Assembly: GCA_963827275.1 (NCBI GenBank)
Contig: CAWHAA010000009.1
Span: forward strand, 32,001 to 96,000
Origin: an uncultured Spirochaetota bacterium
Lineage (GTDB): Bacteria > Spirochaetota > UBA4802 > UBA5550
DNA length: 64,000 bases
Reading direction: 5' to 3'
Part shown: piece after piece, positions 30,450 to 39,599 of the stretch
Numbering within the stretch: position 1 is the first letter of the stretch
Layout: each line of letters starts with the position of its first letter
The notes under the pieces: model-generated
What the model saw: the letters and a program-made list of their open reading frames with translations, nothing else
Told to the model about the DNA's origin: nothing
Database searches by the model: none
Position numbers and translations under genes: made by a program

Positions 30450-31964
30450 ATGAAAAAATACCTGCTCATGATCCCGCTTCTTTCGCTCATGGCGATGGCC
30501 GCGGCGCCTGACCGCGCCGCGATCCGCGATGCGGGGGAATATCTGAAGAAGAACGTTGTCACGAAGAAGCTGAAAAACGGCATCACCGTGATCATGCTGA
30601 ACCGGGGCTACGCGCCGGTGCTGGCCTTCGAGATATCCTTCAGGGTCGGCTCGGCGGACGAGGGCTACCGGACCGCCGGGGCCGCGCACCTGCTCGAGCA
30701 CATGCTCTTCAAGGGGACCGACACCATCGGCACCAGGGACTGGAAGAAGGAGCGCGTCATCCAGGCCCGGATCGAGGCGGTGGGCGAGGCCATCGACCGC
30801 ATGGCCATCGAGGACCCGGCGAACACCCGCCTGCCCGCGCTCCGCGGCGAGCTGAAGCGCCTCCAGGGCGAGCAGGCCGCGCTGGTCGAGAACTCGCCCT
30901 ATGACGCCATCTATACCGGGAACGGCGGCGTCGGGTTCAACGCGTCCACCTCGCGGGACAAGACGGGGTATTACATCGAGCTCCCCGCGTCGAAGCTCGA
31001 GATGTGGGCGAAGATGGAATCGGAGCGCCTGATGAACCTTGTCCTGCGCGAATACTACCTGGAGCGGAACAACGTGTTGCAGGAGCGGCTCATGAACTAC
31101 GACTCGATCGGGACCGGGCTCCTGTTCGAGACCTTCATGGCCACCGCCTTCATCGCGCACCCCTACCGGCACCCCATCATCGGGTGGCGCTCCGGCATCC
31201 CCTATCTTTCACTCGGGGACATCCGCAGGTTTTTCCGCGACCATTACATCCCCTCGCGCATGACCATCACCGTGGTGGGCATGCAGGACACGGACAGGAC
31301 GTTCGGGGTCATCGGGAAGTATTTCGGGCGGATCGAACCGCGCCCGTCGCCCCCGCCGGTGACCGTCGCCGAGCCGCCCCAGGGCGGGGAGCGGCGCTTC
31401 ACCCTGGATTTCGAGGCCAGCCCCTATCTCATCATCGGCTGGCACAAGCCGGCCTACCCGTCGCGCGATGATTACACCTGCGACGTCATTGCCGAGCTCC
31501 TCGCCGGCGGCAAGTCTTCGCGCCTCTACCGCGCGCTGGTGATCGAGAAGAAGGTGGCGACGTCGGTGAGCGCGTGGAGCAGCGCCCCCGGCTCGCGCTA
31601 CGACAACCTCTTCACGATATTCGCCGCTCCGCGGCCCCCGCACACGGCGGAAGCGCTTGAACGGGCCGTGTACGACGAGATGGAGACGTTTTTCCGTGAG
31701 GTCGTCGAGGGGGAGCTCGGCAAGGTCGTGAACGGCATCGAGTCGGGCATGGTCTTCGACCTGGAGACCAACAAGGGGATCGCCGGGATACTGAGCTATT
31801 ACCAGACGGTCTTCGGCAACTGGCGGTACGCGACGGAATACCTGCCCATGATAAAGCGGGTCACGGTGAAGGAGATACGTGAGATGAAAGACAGGTATTT
31901 CACCGCAAAGAACCGGACCGTCGGCATCCTGAGGGACAGCCGCCCCGCTGGAGGAAATAAATGA
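30450..31964 (+). CDS. M16 family zinc peptidase (catalytic subunit)
   Basis: AHLLEHMLFKG (HxxEH), NASTSRD, HPYRHPIIGW. Confidence 0.92.
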   Translation: MKKYLLMIPLLSLMAMAAAPDRAAIRDAGEYLKKNVVTKKLKNGITVIMLNRGYAPVLAFEISFRVGSADEGYRTAGAAHLLEHMLFKGTDTIGTRDWKKERVIQARIEAVGEAIDRMAIEDPANTRLPALRGELKRLQGEQAALVENSPYDAIYTGNGGVGFNASTSRDKTGYYIELPASKLEMWAKMESERLMNLVLREYYLERNNVLQERLMNYDSIGTGLLFETFMATAFIAHPYRHPIIGWRSGIPYLSLGDIRRFFRDHYIPSRMTITVVGMQDTDRTFGVIGKYFGRIEPRPSPPPVTVAEPPQGGERRFTLDFEASPYLIIGWHKPAYPSRDDYTCDVIAELLAGGKSSRLYRALVIEKKVATSVSAWSSAPGSRYDNLFTIFAAPRPPHTAEALERAVYDEMETFFREVVEGELGKVVNGIESGMVFDLETNKGIAGILSYYQTVFGNWRYATEYLPMIKRVTVKEIREMKDRYFTAKNRTVGILRDSRPAGGNK

Positions 31965-33352
31965 AACGATTCGTGAACATTGCGTGCTGTGCGCTGCTTG
32001 CGTTTGCCCTGGGCCCGTCAGGTACCGCGCGCGGGCAGGAGACGCCGGGTGCCATCACGCTCCCGCCGGTCGAGACCGCCGTCCTGGACAACGGCCTCAG
32101 GCTCTTTTATATCAAAGACGAGCTCCCCCAGGTGACCATCATCGTCTCCTTCGGGTTCGGCAAGCTCTATGAAAAGCGGGAGACCGCCGGGATCGCCGAG
32201 GTCATCGCGAAGGCCGTGTCCCTGGGCGGCTCCCGGAGCTACCCGGGGAGCGCGCTCCATGAAACAATCGACTCGATGGGCGGACGGCTGAGCATCGCTT
32301 CCTCCTTCGAGAGCACGGTCATCTCCATCAAGGTGCTGGACCGCTTCAGGGAGCGGGCCTTCGCCATCGCGGCGGACCTTGCCCTGCATCCGAACCTGGG
32401 GCCGCCGTACCTGGATAACGCGAAATCGCTCGTCGCCGACTCGATCAGGAGGAAGTACGACGATCCGGCCGAGATCGCCTTTGACCGGGCGAAGGCGATC
32501 ATATTCGACGGCGAGGGATACGGGTCGGTGCCCACGGCGGAGCAGGTGCAGTCGTACACGGCGGAGCAGGTGCAGGCCGTCTGGCGGGACTACTGCACCG
32601 CGGGCGGCGCCATGGTCGGGATATCGTCGTCCCTCGGCATGGACGAGGTGCTCGCGCTCTTCAGAAAGCACTTCTCCTCCATGGCCCCGGGCGGCGGCGC
32701 TCCCTACGGGTCAGACCGTGAAAAGGCCCTCACAAGGGTGCGCGCGGGCAGGGGAAAGATATTTTTTTATCCCAAAGACATCCCCCAGTCAACGATCGTG
32801 CTGGGGACCGCGGCGCCCGATATCGGGTACCGCGGCGCGCACGCGCTGGAGGTCATGAACTACGTGCTGGGCGGCGGCTCGTTTACCTCGCGTCTCATGA
32901 CGGAGATCCGGGTCAAGCGGGGGCTTGCCTACGCGGTGCAGTCGATCCTGCGGCCCCGGTACCGGACGGGCGTGTTCCTCGCCTTCGCGCAGGTGGAGAA
33001 CAGGACCGCGGCTGAAACGCTCGGGCTGCTCACCGACAATATCGGGAGGATGGCGCGGGAGGAGATCACGGGCGGGGAGATCGAATGGGCGCGGAATGCC
33101 ATCAGCAACAGCTTTATATTCCAGTTCGATACGCCCATGAATGTCCTGTCGAACTACATGTTTATCGCGTACAACCATCTCCCGGCGGATTACTTTACGG
33201 GCTACCTCGCGCGCATCGCCGGCGTGAAGGGGACGGACATCCTCGCGGAGGCGCGGGGCCTGCTTGAGTGCGGACTCGTGACGGTGGTGGTGGGCAACGA
33301 GTCGGTGCTCGCGGACTTGAAAAAGCTCGGGGAAGTGGTTATACTGAAATAA
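31961..33352 (+). CDS. M16 family peptidase partner subunit (non-catalytic)
   Basis: LDNGL, LGGGSFTSRL..IRVKRGLAY; no HxxEH. Confidence 0.88.
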   Translation: MKRFVNIACCALLAFALGPSGTARGQETPGAITLPPVETAVLDNGLRLFYIKDELPQVTIIVSFGFGKLYEKRETAGIAEVIAKAVSLGGSRSYPGSALHETIDSMGGRLSIASSFESTVISIKVLDRFRERAFAIAADLALHPNLGPPYLDNAKSLVADSIRRKYDDPAEIAFDRAKAIIFDGEGYGSVPTAEQVQSYTAEQVQAVWRDYCTAGGAMVGISSSLGMDEVLALFRKHFSSMAPGGGAPYGSDREKALTRVRAGRGKIFFYPKDIPQSTIVLGTAAPDIGYRGAHALEVMNYVLGGGSFTSRLMTEIRVKRGLAYAVQSILRPRYRTGVFLAFAQVENRTAAETLGLLTDNIGRMAREEITGGEIEWARNAISNSFIFQFDTPMNVLSNYMFIAYNHLPADYFTGYLARIAGVKGTDILAEARGLLECGLVTVVVGNESVLADLKKLGEVVILK

Positions 33353-33789
33353 TGGAACGGGGCGTTGTGGTGCAGGTTGACGGCGGCCGCGTCCTTGTCG
33401 AGGCCGGGCCGGATTCGTCATGCGATGGGTGCTCGGCGGCCCGCTCGTGCCTGGCCGCCGCGTCCGGCGGCGGGCGGCGGATATGGATGGACAACACCAT
33501 GGGCGCGGCGACCGGCGACGAGGTGGCCTTCCGCATCCAGGCGAGGGCGGTGGTCGGCAGCGCGCTCGTGCTGTATGCCGTACCCGCGGTGATGCTTGTC
33601 GCGGGCATCCTTCTGGGCTCGTCCCTTTCGGGGCGGCTGGGGGCTGACCCGGAGCTCTCCGCCATTGCGGGCGGGGTTGCCGCGTTGATTATGTCCTGTG
33701 GCATCATTCTCATAGCGTCATCGGTACTGAAAAAAAGACGCGGGTTCATCCCGCAGCTCGTTGAGGTGACTGCGAAAAAAATGAATTAA
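33352..33789 (+). CDS. RseC/MucC family protein
   Basis: MERGVVV, CDGC..SC, LYAVP, two C-terminal TMs; ATG overlaps the upstream TAA. Confidence 0.8.
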   Translation: MERGVVVQVDGGRVLVEAGPDSSCDGCSAARSCLAAASGGGRRIWMDNTMGAATGDEVAFRIQARAVVGSALVLYAVPAVMLVAGILLGSSLSGRLGADPELSAIAGGVAALIMSCGIILIASSVLKKRRGFIPQLVEVTAKKMN

Positions 33790-33892
33790 TTCAATCCGGC
33801 GGGGCGATGTTCCGACATTAATGATATGTTTTCCGCGCGGGACCGGAGGTCCCGCGAGAGGAACATCCCAACTACGTTCAAGGATGAACACC

Positions 33893-34021
33893 ATGACAAA
33901 AAAAGTTATTGATTTAATGACCTACCGGATTGAAAAAACGTTAAAAGAGAACGGCTTTGAAGTAAAAAAGGATGACAATAAGAACGTAAAGATTCTGATC
34001 AAGTTGACCAATAACGAATAG
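33893..34021 (+). CDS. Small hypothetical protein (42 aa)
   Basis: AAGGA RBS; MTKKVIDLMTYRIEK. Confidence 0.45.
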   Translation: MTKKVIDLMTYRIEKTLKENGFEVKKDDNKNVKILIKLTNNE

Positions 34022-34146
34022 ATGATGCTGCATCCAGGATCTGTTTCCTTCCGCACGGGCGCTTGCCCGGACACGGCGGAAGGGGGGACGAGGGGGCGTT
34101 GACACGGCCCCCTCCGCATCTGACATAACGCGAACATCGAAAAGAG

Positions 34147-34656
34147 GTGGCCATAATGGCAAATGATTTCGAGGCAAAACGCCAGGCTGTCCGTGATGAA
34201 CTGGACAGGTTGAATTACGAATTCAAGATTGAAATCCCCAAAAGGATAGCGGAAGCGCGGTCATACGGCGATTTGAAAGAGAACGCGGAGTACCACGCGG
34301 CGCGCGAGCGGCAGGGCATGGTCAAGGCGCGCATTTCCCAGCTCAACGCGCAGCTCGGCGAGCTGAAACAGCTGAACATCAACAATATTGCGGAAGACCG
34401 GATCGGTTACGGCGCGACCGTCGTCCTGGTTGACCTGGACACCGATGACCGCATGGAGCTGGTCTTCGTTTCACCCAACGAGGTGGACCCGTCGGCCGGC
34501 AGGATTTCCCTCTCGTCACCCATCGGCAACGCGCTGCAGAACAAGAAGGCCGGTGAGACCGCGGAGGCGGTCATTCCCGCGGGGAAGAGGCGCTATTACA
34601 TCGAAAAAATTGTAACCATCCACGGTGCCGTGCTGGAAGAAAAATACGCGGGATAA
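34147..34656 (+). CDS. greA: Transcription elongation factor GreA
   Basis: YGDLKENAEYHAARERQ, ISLSSPIG. Confidence 0.93.
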   Translation: MAIMANDFEAKRQAVRDELDRLNYEFKIEIPKRIAEARSYGDLKENAEYHAARERQGMVKARISQLNAQLGELKQLNINNIAEDRIGYGATVVLVDLDTDDRMELVFVSPNEVDPSAGRISLSSPIGNALQNKKAGETAEAVIPAGKRRYYIEKIVTIHGAVLEEKYAG

Positions 34657-34692
34657 TCGTCGCAACTGCCGGTTATAAACTGTTTTCCTGAT

Positions 34693-34765
<73 letters not shown>

Positions 34766-35020
34766 GGATCGAATTTTCGAGATATTTGAAGGGGCGGTTT
34801 TTGTCAATATAATTTTACCGGCCCTTTTATTTTATATACCGTGACGGCGCCCGCCCGCAACGGGGGCCGGGTCCCCGCCCCGCAGACCCAGCAAGATCCC
34901 TTTTCATTGCCCAAATATCGTTTTATGAATATAAATATAATCGCCGGTATCCGATAAAATAAAAGGGAAGGAATGCCGGCCTAAAATCGGGATTTCCGCC
35001 GGCCCGGCCGCATTACCATC

Positions 35021-35049
35021 TTGACACGGGGGGGAAGGGGTGTTATCCT
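35021..35049 (+). promoter_or_regulatory. Sigma70 promoter
   Basis: TTGACA-17-TATCCT with an extended -10 TG. Confidence 0.65.
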
Positions 35050-35082
35050 GTGTCATACAATCTGATAGGACCTGATCAACCG

Positions 35083-36435
35083 ATGATTTTAACCTACGTG
35101 ATCGTCTTTCTGTTCATTATCATTTTCGGGATGATTGTCTGGTACGTTCTCCAGACCTTTGTGCTTCCGCGAAGGATCGACGAGATCGCACAGATGATAG
35201 AGGCCGGGCAGACCAAGCAGGCCATCAAGAAGCTCATCGACATTCTCCAGAAAGACGACCGCAACAGCTATGCCCACTACCTCCTGGCCGACGCCTATGT
35301 CAGGGAAAACAACCAGAAGCTGGCCACGGTGGAATACCGCCAGGTCCTGAAGTACGGCAAGTACAACGAGAAGGTAAATGAAATCGACGTGCGCAGCAGG
35401 CTCGCGAAGCTCTACCTGGAGCAGGGCCTCCTGGAGGATGCCAAGAGCGAATACCTGATCCTGACGAAGATCGAGCCGGACAACTTCCAGCATTTCTTCG
35501 AGCTGGGGACCATTTACTTCCGCGCCAACGCGATGGACCGGGCCACCATCTTTTTCAAGAAGAGCGTCTCGCTGAACCCGCGGCACGAGCAGTCGCACTA
35601 CTACCTGGGGCAGATCTATTACCAGAACAACCTGTATCCCGACGCGAAGCAGTCGTTCCTCGAATCCATCAAGATCGAGCCGTCCAACTACCGCGCGCAC
35701 TATTTCCTCGGCCTGGTGCTCCGCCAGATGTCCGACTTCGAGTGGGCGATAAAGGAATTCGACGTGGCCCAGAAGAGCGAGGACCTGAAGGTGAAATGCT
35801 TCCTCGCCAAGGGCTCGTGCCACATGCAGAAGGGCATGATCCCCAAGGCGATCATGGAGTTCGAGCGGGGCCTGAAGTTCGCGCGGAAGGGGAGCGATAC
35901 CGAGCTCGGGCTGCGGTACTATCTCGCCGAGTGCTACGAGAAGACCCGGGACCTCCATTCCGCCATTTACCAGTGGGAAAAGATCGCGGAGATGAAGCCG
36001 AATTTCCGCGACGTCCAGGCCAAGCTCAAGAACTACGCCGAGTTCCGGCAGGACGACCGCATCAAGGACTTCCTGATATGCGGCCTCGCCCAGTTCGAGC
36101 ACACCTGCCGCAAGATCGTCGAGGCGATGAACTTCAACATCAACGACATCAATATCATCAGCGACACCGAGATCGAGATCGTCGCCACCGAGAGCGAGGG
36201 AAAATGGCGGAACACCCGCCAGACGAACCGCCTCATACGGGTCACCAGGACCACCGACACCATACAGGAGCGCTTCCTCCGGACGCTCCACGAGAACATG
36301 AAGAACAAGAACGCCACCAGGATCATCGTCATCACCACGGGGGATTATGCCCAGTCGGCGGTTGAATTCGCCAATACGCGCCCCATCGAGCTGTACGGCA
36401 AGAACGAGCTGATCAATATCCTGAGAAAATTCTAG
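35083..36435 (+). CDS. Membrane-anchored TPR protein with a C-terminal Mrr-like domain
   Basis: N-terminal TM and many TPRs; FEHTCRKIVEAMNF..IIVITTGDYAQSAVEFA..IELYG. Start placed at ATG 35083, downstream of the promoter. Confidence 0.8.
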   Translation: MILTYVIVFLFIIIFGMIVWYVLQTFVLPRRIDEIAQMIEAGQTKQAIKKLIDILQKDDRNSYAHYLLADAYVRENNQKLATVEYRQVLKYGKYNEKVNEIDVRSRLAKLYLEQGLLEDAKSEYLILTKIEPDNFQHFFELGTIYFRANAMDRATIFFKKSVSLNPRHEQSHYYLGQIYYQNNLYPDAKQSFLESIKIEPSNYRAHYFLGLVLRQMSDFEWAIKEFDVAQKSEDLKVKCFLAKGSCHMQKGMIPKAIMEFERGLKFARKGSDTELGLRYYLAECYEKTRDLHSAIYQWEKIAEMKPNFRDVQAKLKNYAEFRQDDRIKDFLICGLAQFEHTCRKIVEAMNFNINDINIISDTEIEIVATESEGKWRNTRQTNRLIRVTRTTDTIQERFLRTLHENMKNKNATRIIVITTGDYAQSAVEFANTRPIELYGKNELINILRKF

Positions 36436-36449
36436 CGGCCCGTGATCCG

Positions 36450-38279
36450 ATGAATGCCACCGCACACATCCTCGCCGGAATCCCGCTCTTCCGTCACTGC
36501 ATCGAGGAGGAGATCGCCCGGCTCCAGGCAATAGGGAAGCCCGTCACCGTCAGGAAGGGCCACCAGTTCGACCTGAAGAAGGCCAATTCCTTCAACGTCG
36601 TCATCAACGGGATCTTCGAGATCGAGGCCATGGGAAAGACGGATGTCGTCTACCTCGCGCCGGGCTCCTATTTCGGCACGATACCCTTCACCGATAACCG
36701 CCAGGCGGGGAAGGTAAAGGCGCTGGTCGATTCGACCCTCATGATGTTCGCCGCCGATGACCTGTACCGCTTTTTCCTGATGTCGTACAAGTGTCTCCGG
36801 GGCTATCTGAAGATCATCGGGCGGACAGGGCTGGAGATATCGGAGGTCGGGAAGGATTACTTCGGCGGCGCCACGCGCATCATAACCGTGTACAGCCCGT
36901 ACCCCCGCTCCGGGAAGTCCTTTCTTGCCGCCCTGATGGGCGCCGCGCTCGCAAAAAACGGAAAGACGGTGGTGCTGGACATGTCCTTTTCCGGCGCCAG
37001 CGTCTTCAATTTCTTCGAAAAGAAGGTCCCGGCCCCCCTGGCCCACAGGACGGAGGACGCCCCCGCGATCGAACGGCTCATCAACGAGCGGGTGGAGCAC
37101 GCCGGCAGAGACCTTGACCTTCTCAATATCGCGTTCGGTTCAAAGGTAAAAGTCAACACGGACATCATATCGCCCCTCCTGTTCATGCTTTCAAAAGAGT
37201 ACCGCTATGTCGTCATCGACTGCGGGGACGTCGACGACGCGCTGCGGGACCGGCTGTTCGGGGTTTCCGACGGCATCTTCACGCTGCTGAAAAACCAGAA
37301 GGACACGCGCCTCGTGTACGACCTGTTCGACGCGGGCGTGAAGGAAGGGCAGCGCGTGTATTATATCGTCAACGAGCACTACGCGGGAGAGGTCAGGGAC
37401 TTCCCCGGCGGCCTGGCGCTGCCGACGTTCGAGGCGGCCGCCGACGGGGGAGAGAACGCGCGGATAGAGCGCTGCGCCGCGTCTGACGGGCTGCTCCCCC
37501 TGCTGTCGCTGGTGACGAAAAAGCGTCGCGCGCTGGTGCTCGAGACGGGCCTGCTCCAGTCGTTGTTTTACGGCGGCTTTCTCGGCGCGCTGCATACGAG
37601 CGGCGCACCCTTCGACCTGGTGTACGCCTCGGCCTACGGCTATATCGTCCTTGCCCTCTACCAGTCCAGCGGCAGCTGGGGCGAGTTCGGGAAGCGGATG
37701 GAGCAGTTTTTCTCCGAGGACAGGCTGAACAGGCTCCTGGACGTCACCTTCCCCGACGCCCATGTGTTTAAAAACGGCGCCGCGTCAAAGCTTGCCGCCG
37801 AGCTGTGCGGTGACAGCCGCATCGAGATGTTCCGGCAGGCGCCCGTGGCCATGCTGGCAAGCGACGGACTCGGGTCGCGGCGGCTCTTCAGCACCGGCCG
37901 CCTCCGGGAGGTCGTCGCCGCCTCCTTCTCCCTCTACCCGCTATTCGAGCAGGTCGAGATCTCCGGGGGCCGCTATAATTCAGGGTACCCGGATTTCAGG
38001 GCGCGTATCGAAGACCTGCTGCGGATAGACGTCGATGAAACGGTGTTTGTCTCGGTGAACAACAAGGCGGCCATGGGCTACCGGGACGGGAAGCTCATGA
38101 GCTTTTTTTCGCGCTACCTTTCGTGCGTTGAGGAGCGTACCGCCGAGCCAACAATGGGCGACCTTTCGGACGTCAATTTGGTGATCGAGGTCTCGGAGCA
38201 GGAGATCGGGATCGATCGTATCCTTGAGGCATCGCGCGGAATTTCAGATACCCTCCTTAAGAAAATGCCGCGCCGGTAA
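36450..38279 (+). CDS. cNMP-binding + MinD/ParA-like + degenerate patatin-like fusion protein
   Basis: IPLF..LAPGSYFG (cNMP); ITVYSPYPRSGKS, VVIDCG (P-loop); ALVLETG..FDLVYASAYG..VAASFSLYPLFEQV (patatin-like). Confidence 0.65.
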   Translation: MNATAHILAGIPLFRHCIEEEIARLQAIGKPVTVRKGHQFDLKKANSFNVVINGIFEIEAMGKTDVVYLAPGSYFGTIPFTDNRQAGKVKALVDSTLMMFAADDLYRFFLMSYKCLRGYLKIIGRTGLEISEVGKDYFGGATRIITVYSPYPRSGKSFLAALMGAALAKNGKTVVLDMSFSGASVFNFFEKKVPAPLAHRTEDAPAIERLINERVEHAGRDLDLLNIAFGSKVKVNTDIISPLLFMLSKEYRYVVIDCGDVDDALRDRLFGVSDGIFTLLKNQKDTRLVYDLFDAGVKEGQRVYYIVNEHYAGEVRDFPGGLALPTFEAAADGGENARIERCAASDGLLPLLSLVTKKRRALVLETGLLQSLFYGGFLGALHTSGAPFDLVYASAYGYIVLALYQSSGSWGEFGKRMEQFFSEDRLNRLLDVTFPDAHVFKNGAASKLAAELCGDSRIEMFRQAPVAMLASDGLGSRRLFSTGRLREVVAASFSLYPLFEQVEISGGRYNSGYPDFRARIEDLLRIDVDETVFVSVNNKAAMGYRDGKLMSFFSRYLSCVEERTAEPTMGDLSDVNLVIEVSEQEIGIDRILEASRGISDTLLKKMPRR

Positions 38280-38459
38280 TTATTTTGCCATTCCCCCGTG
38301 AAATTATTATTGATTAATTATGCGATTTGCCGCTTGTTATCCAGATTGCCGCGGCGCTCTGCCGTCCGCCGGGGAATGGCCCGGCGGCTCCGTGCGGAAC
38401 GGGGCCGCGGCCGGATGCTGAATGATATGCCGCATACACAGGCGCGAGAGGTGGCGTGA

Positions 38460-39044
38460 ATGAGATCAAGAAACACCAATATATTACAGGGGATAGTTAT
38501 TCTGACCGGCATCGTATATATCGTCGTGGGCCTTTCCTTCTACGCATCGCCGTACCGCGTCTTCAAGCTGTTTTCAGCCGGCTCCGAGGCGCGGATGAAT
38601 GTCGCAGTCGACGAGGCGGGGGGCGGGGGCCCGGGAAAAGCCTATGACGGGGCGGATGTTTCCGAGGAGGAGTGGCTCAAGCAGATCATCAACGACGAAA
38701 TCATCTCCCCGCTCTATTACCTGTCCCGTATCTTCGCGGCCTTCCTTATGATAAGCGGCATCGCGATGATCATGCCCCTCTTTGACCCGCTCAGGTACCG
38801 GGGGCTGGTGTATTTCAACGGGCTTATCTTCCCGGTGATCGCGGCCCTGTCGATTTTCCTGTTCCTGCGCGCCCAGAAATCGATCAACCTGGAGATTGCC
38901 GCGGATGCGGGAAAGGACGCGGTTGTCTGGCAGGAAGGCCACATGGTCATGACCTCGCTCGGGATAATCTTTATCATACTCGTCATATTGAACGCGGCGG
39001 GCCTTGTCATCACCAGAAAACAGGCGCATGAAGGGAGAGAGTAG
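38460..39044 (+). CDS. Hypothetical membrane protein (~4 TM)
   Basis: Hydrophobic segments; GAGG RBS. Confidence 0.65.
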   Translation: MRSRNTNILQGIVILTGIVYIVVGLSFYASPYRVFKLFSAGSEARMNVAVDEAGGGGPGKAYDGADVSEEEWLKQIINDEIISPLYYLSRIFAAFLMISGIAMIMPLFDPLRYRGLVYFNGLIFPVIAALSIFLFLRAQKSINLEIAADAGKDAVVWQEGHMVMTSLGIIFIILVILNAAGLVITRKQAHEGRE

Positions 39045-39198
39045 GCGCCGTTACCGGTCCGCATGGAGGGTTGTTTTCCGGGCTGGCGGAGGAGGGAAGG
39101 AGATAGTGAACACTCCGCCCTTACCGGGGCCGATAATGAGAGGCGATATGTACATTTTCTGTTTTTAGCAATAAATGCTCCGGTTGGATAATTTTTTA

Positions 39199-39227
39199 TT
39201 GATTTAAAACAGCTGTATATATAAAAT
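39199..39227 (+). promoter_or_regulatory. Putative sigma70 promoter
   Basis: TTGATT-17-TAAAAT. Confidence 0.55.
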
Positions 39228-39260
39228 TGTATTATTCAATAATTTGATCTGGAGATACCT

Positions 39261-39599
39261 ATGAACCTCAATCTTAAAAGGGTTGGTAATGTGGTCGTGG
39301 TTTACCTCGCCGGCAGACTCGATGTGCACCTGTCAGCGGAAATTGAGAAGGAAATTAATAAGATCATCCAGAACGAAACTGAAATGCACCTGCTCATGAA
39401 CCTGAACGATGTTGAATACATGAGCAGCTCGGGATTGAGGATTTTTGTCTCGACCATGCGGGTCCTGAAGGAGCAGAAGCGGCAGCTGAAGCTCTGCAAC
39501 ATGAACAACGCCGTGAAGAAGATCTTCGAGGTCGTTGAGCTGATGGATATGTTCGATATTTACGACAATGAGGAAGATGCCCTGAAGTCCTTCAAATGA
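39261..39599 (+). CDS. STAS-domain anti-sigma factor antagonist
   Basis: GRLD, VEYMSSSGLR phospho-Ser motif. Confidence 0.92.
   Translation: MNLNLKRVGNVVVVYLAGRLDVHLSAEIEKEINKIIQNETEMHLLMNLNDVEYMSSSGLRIFVSTMRVLKEQKRQLKLCNMNNAVKKIFEVVELMDMFDIYDNEEDALKSFK

Noticed and set aside
35089..36531. Long antisense ORFs (also 19340-20572, 41880-42917, 269-1174, 61589-62809)
   Set aside because: Shadow frames of GC3-rich genes on the opposite strand, with no recognisable motifs.
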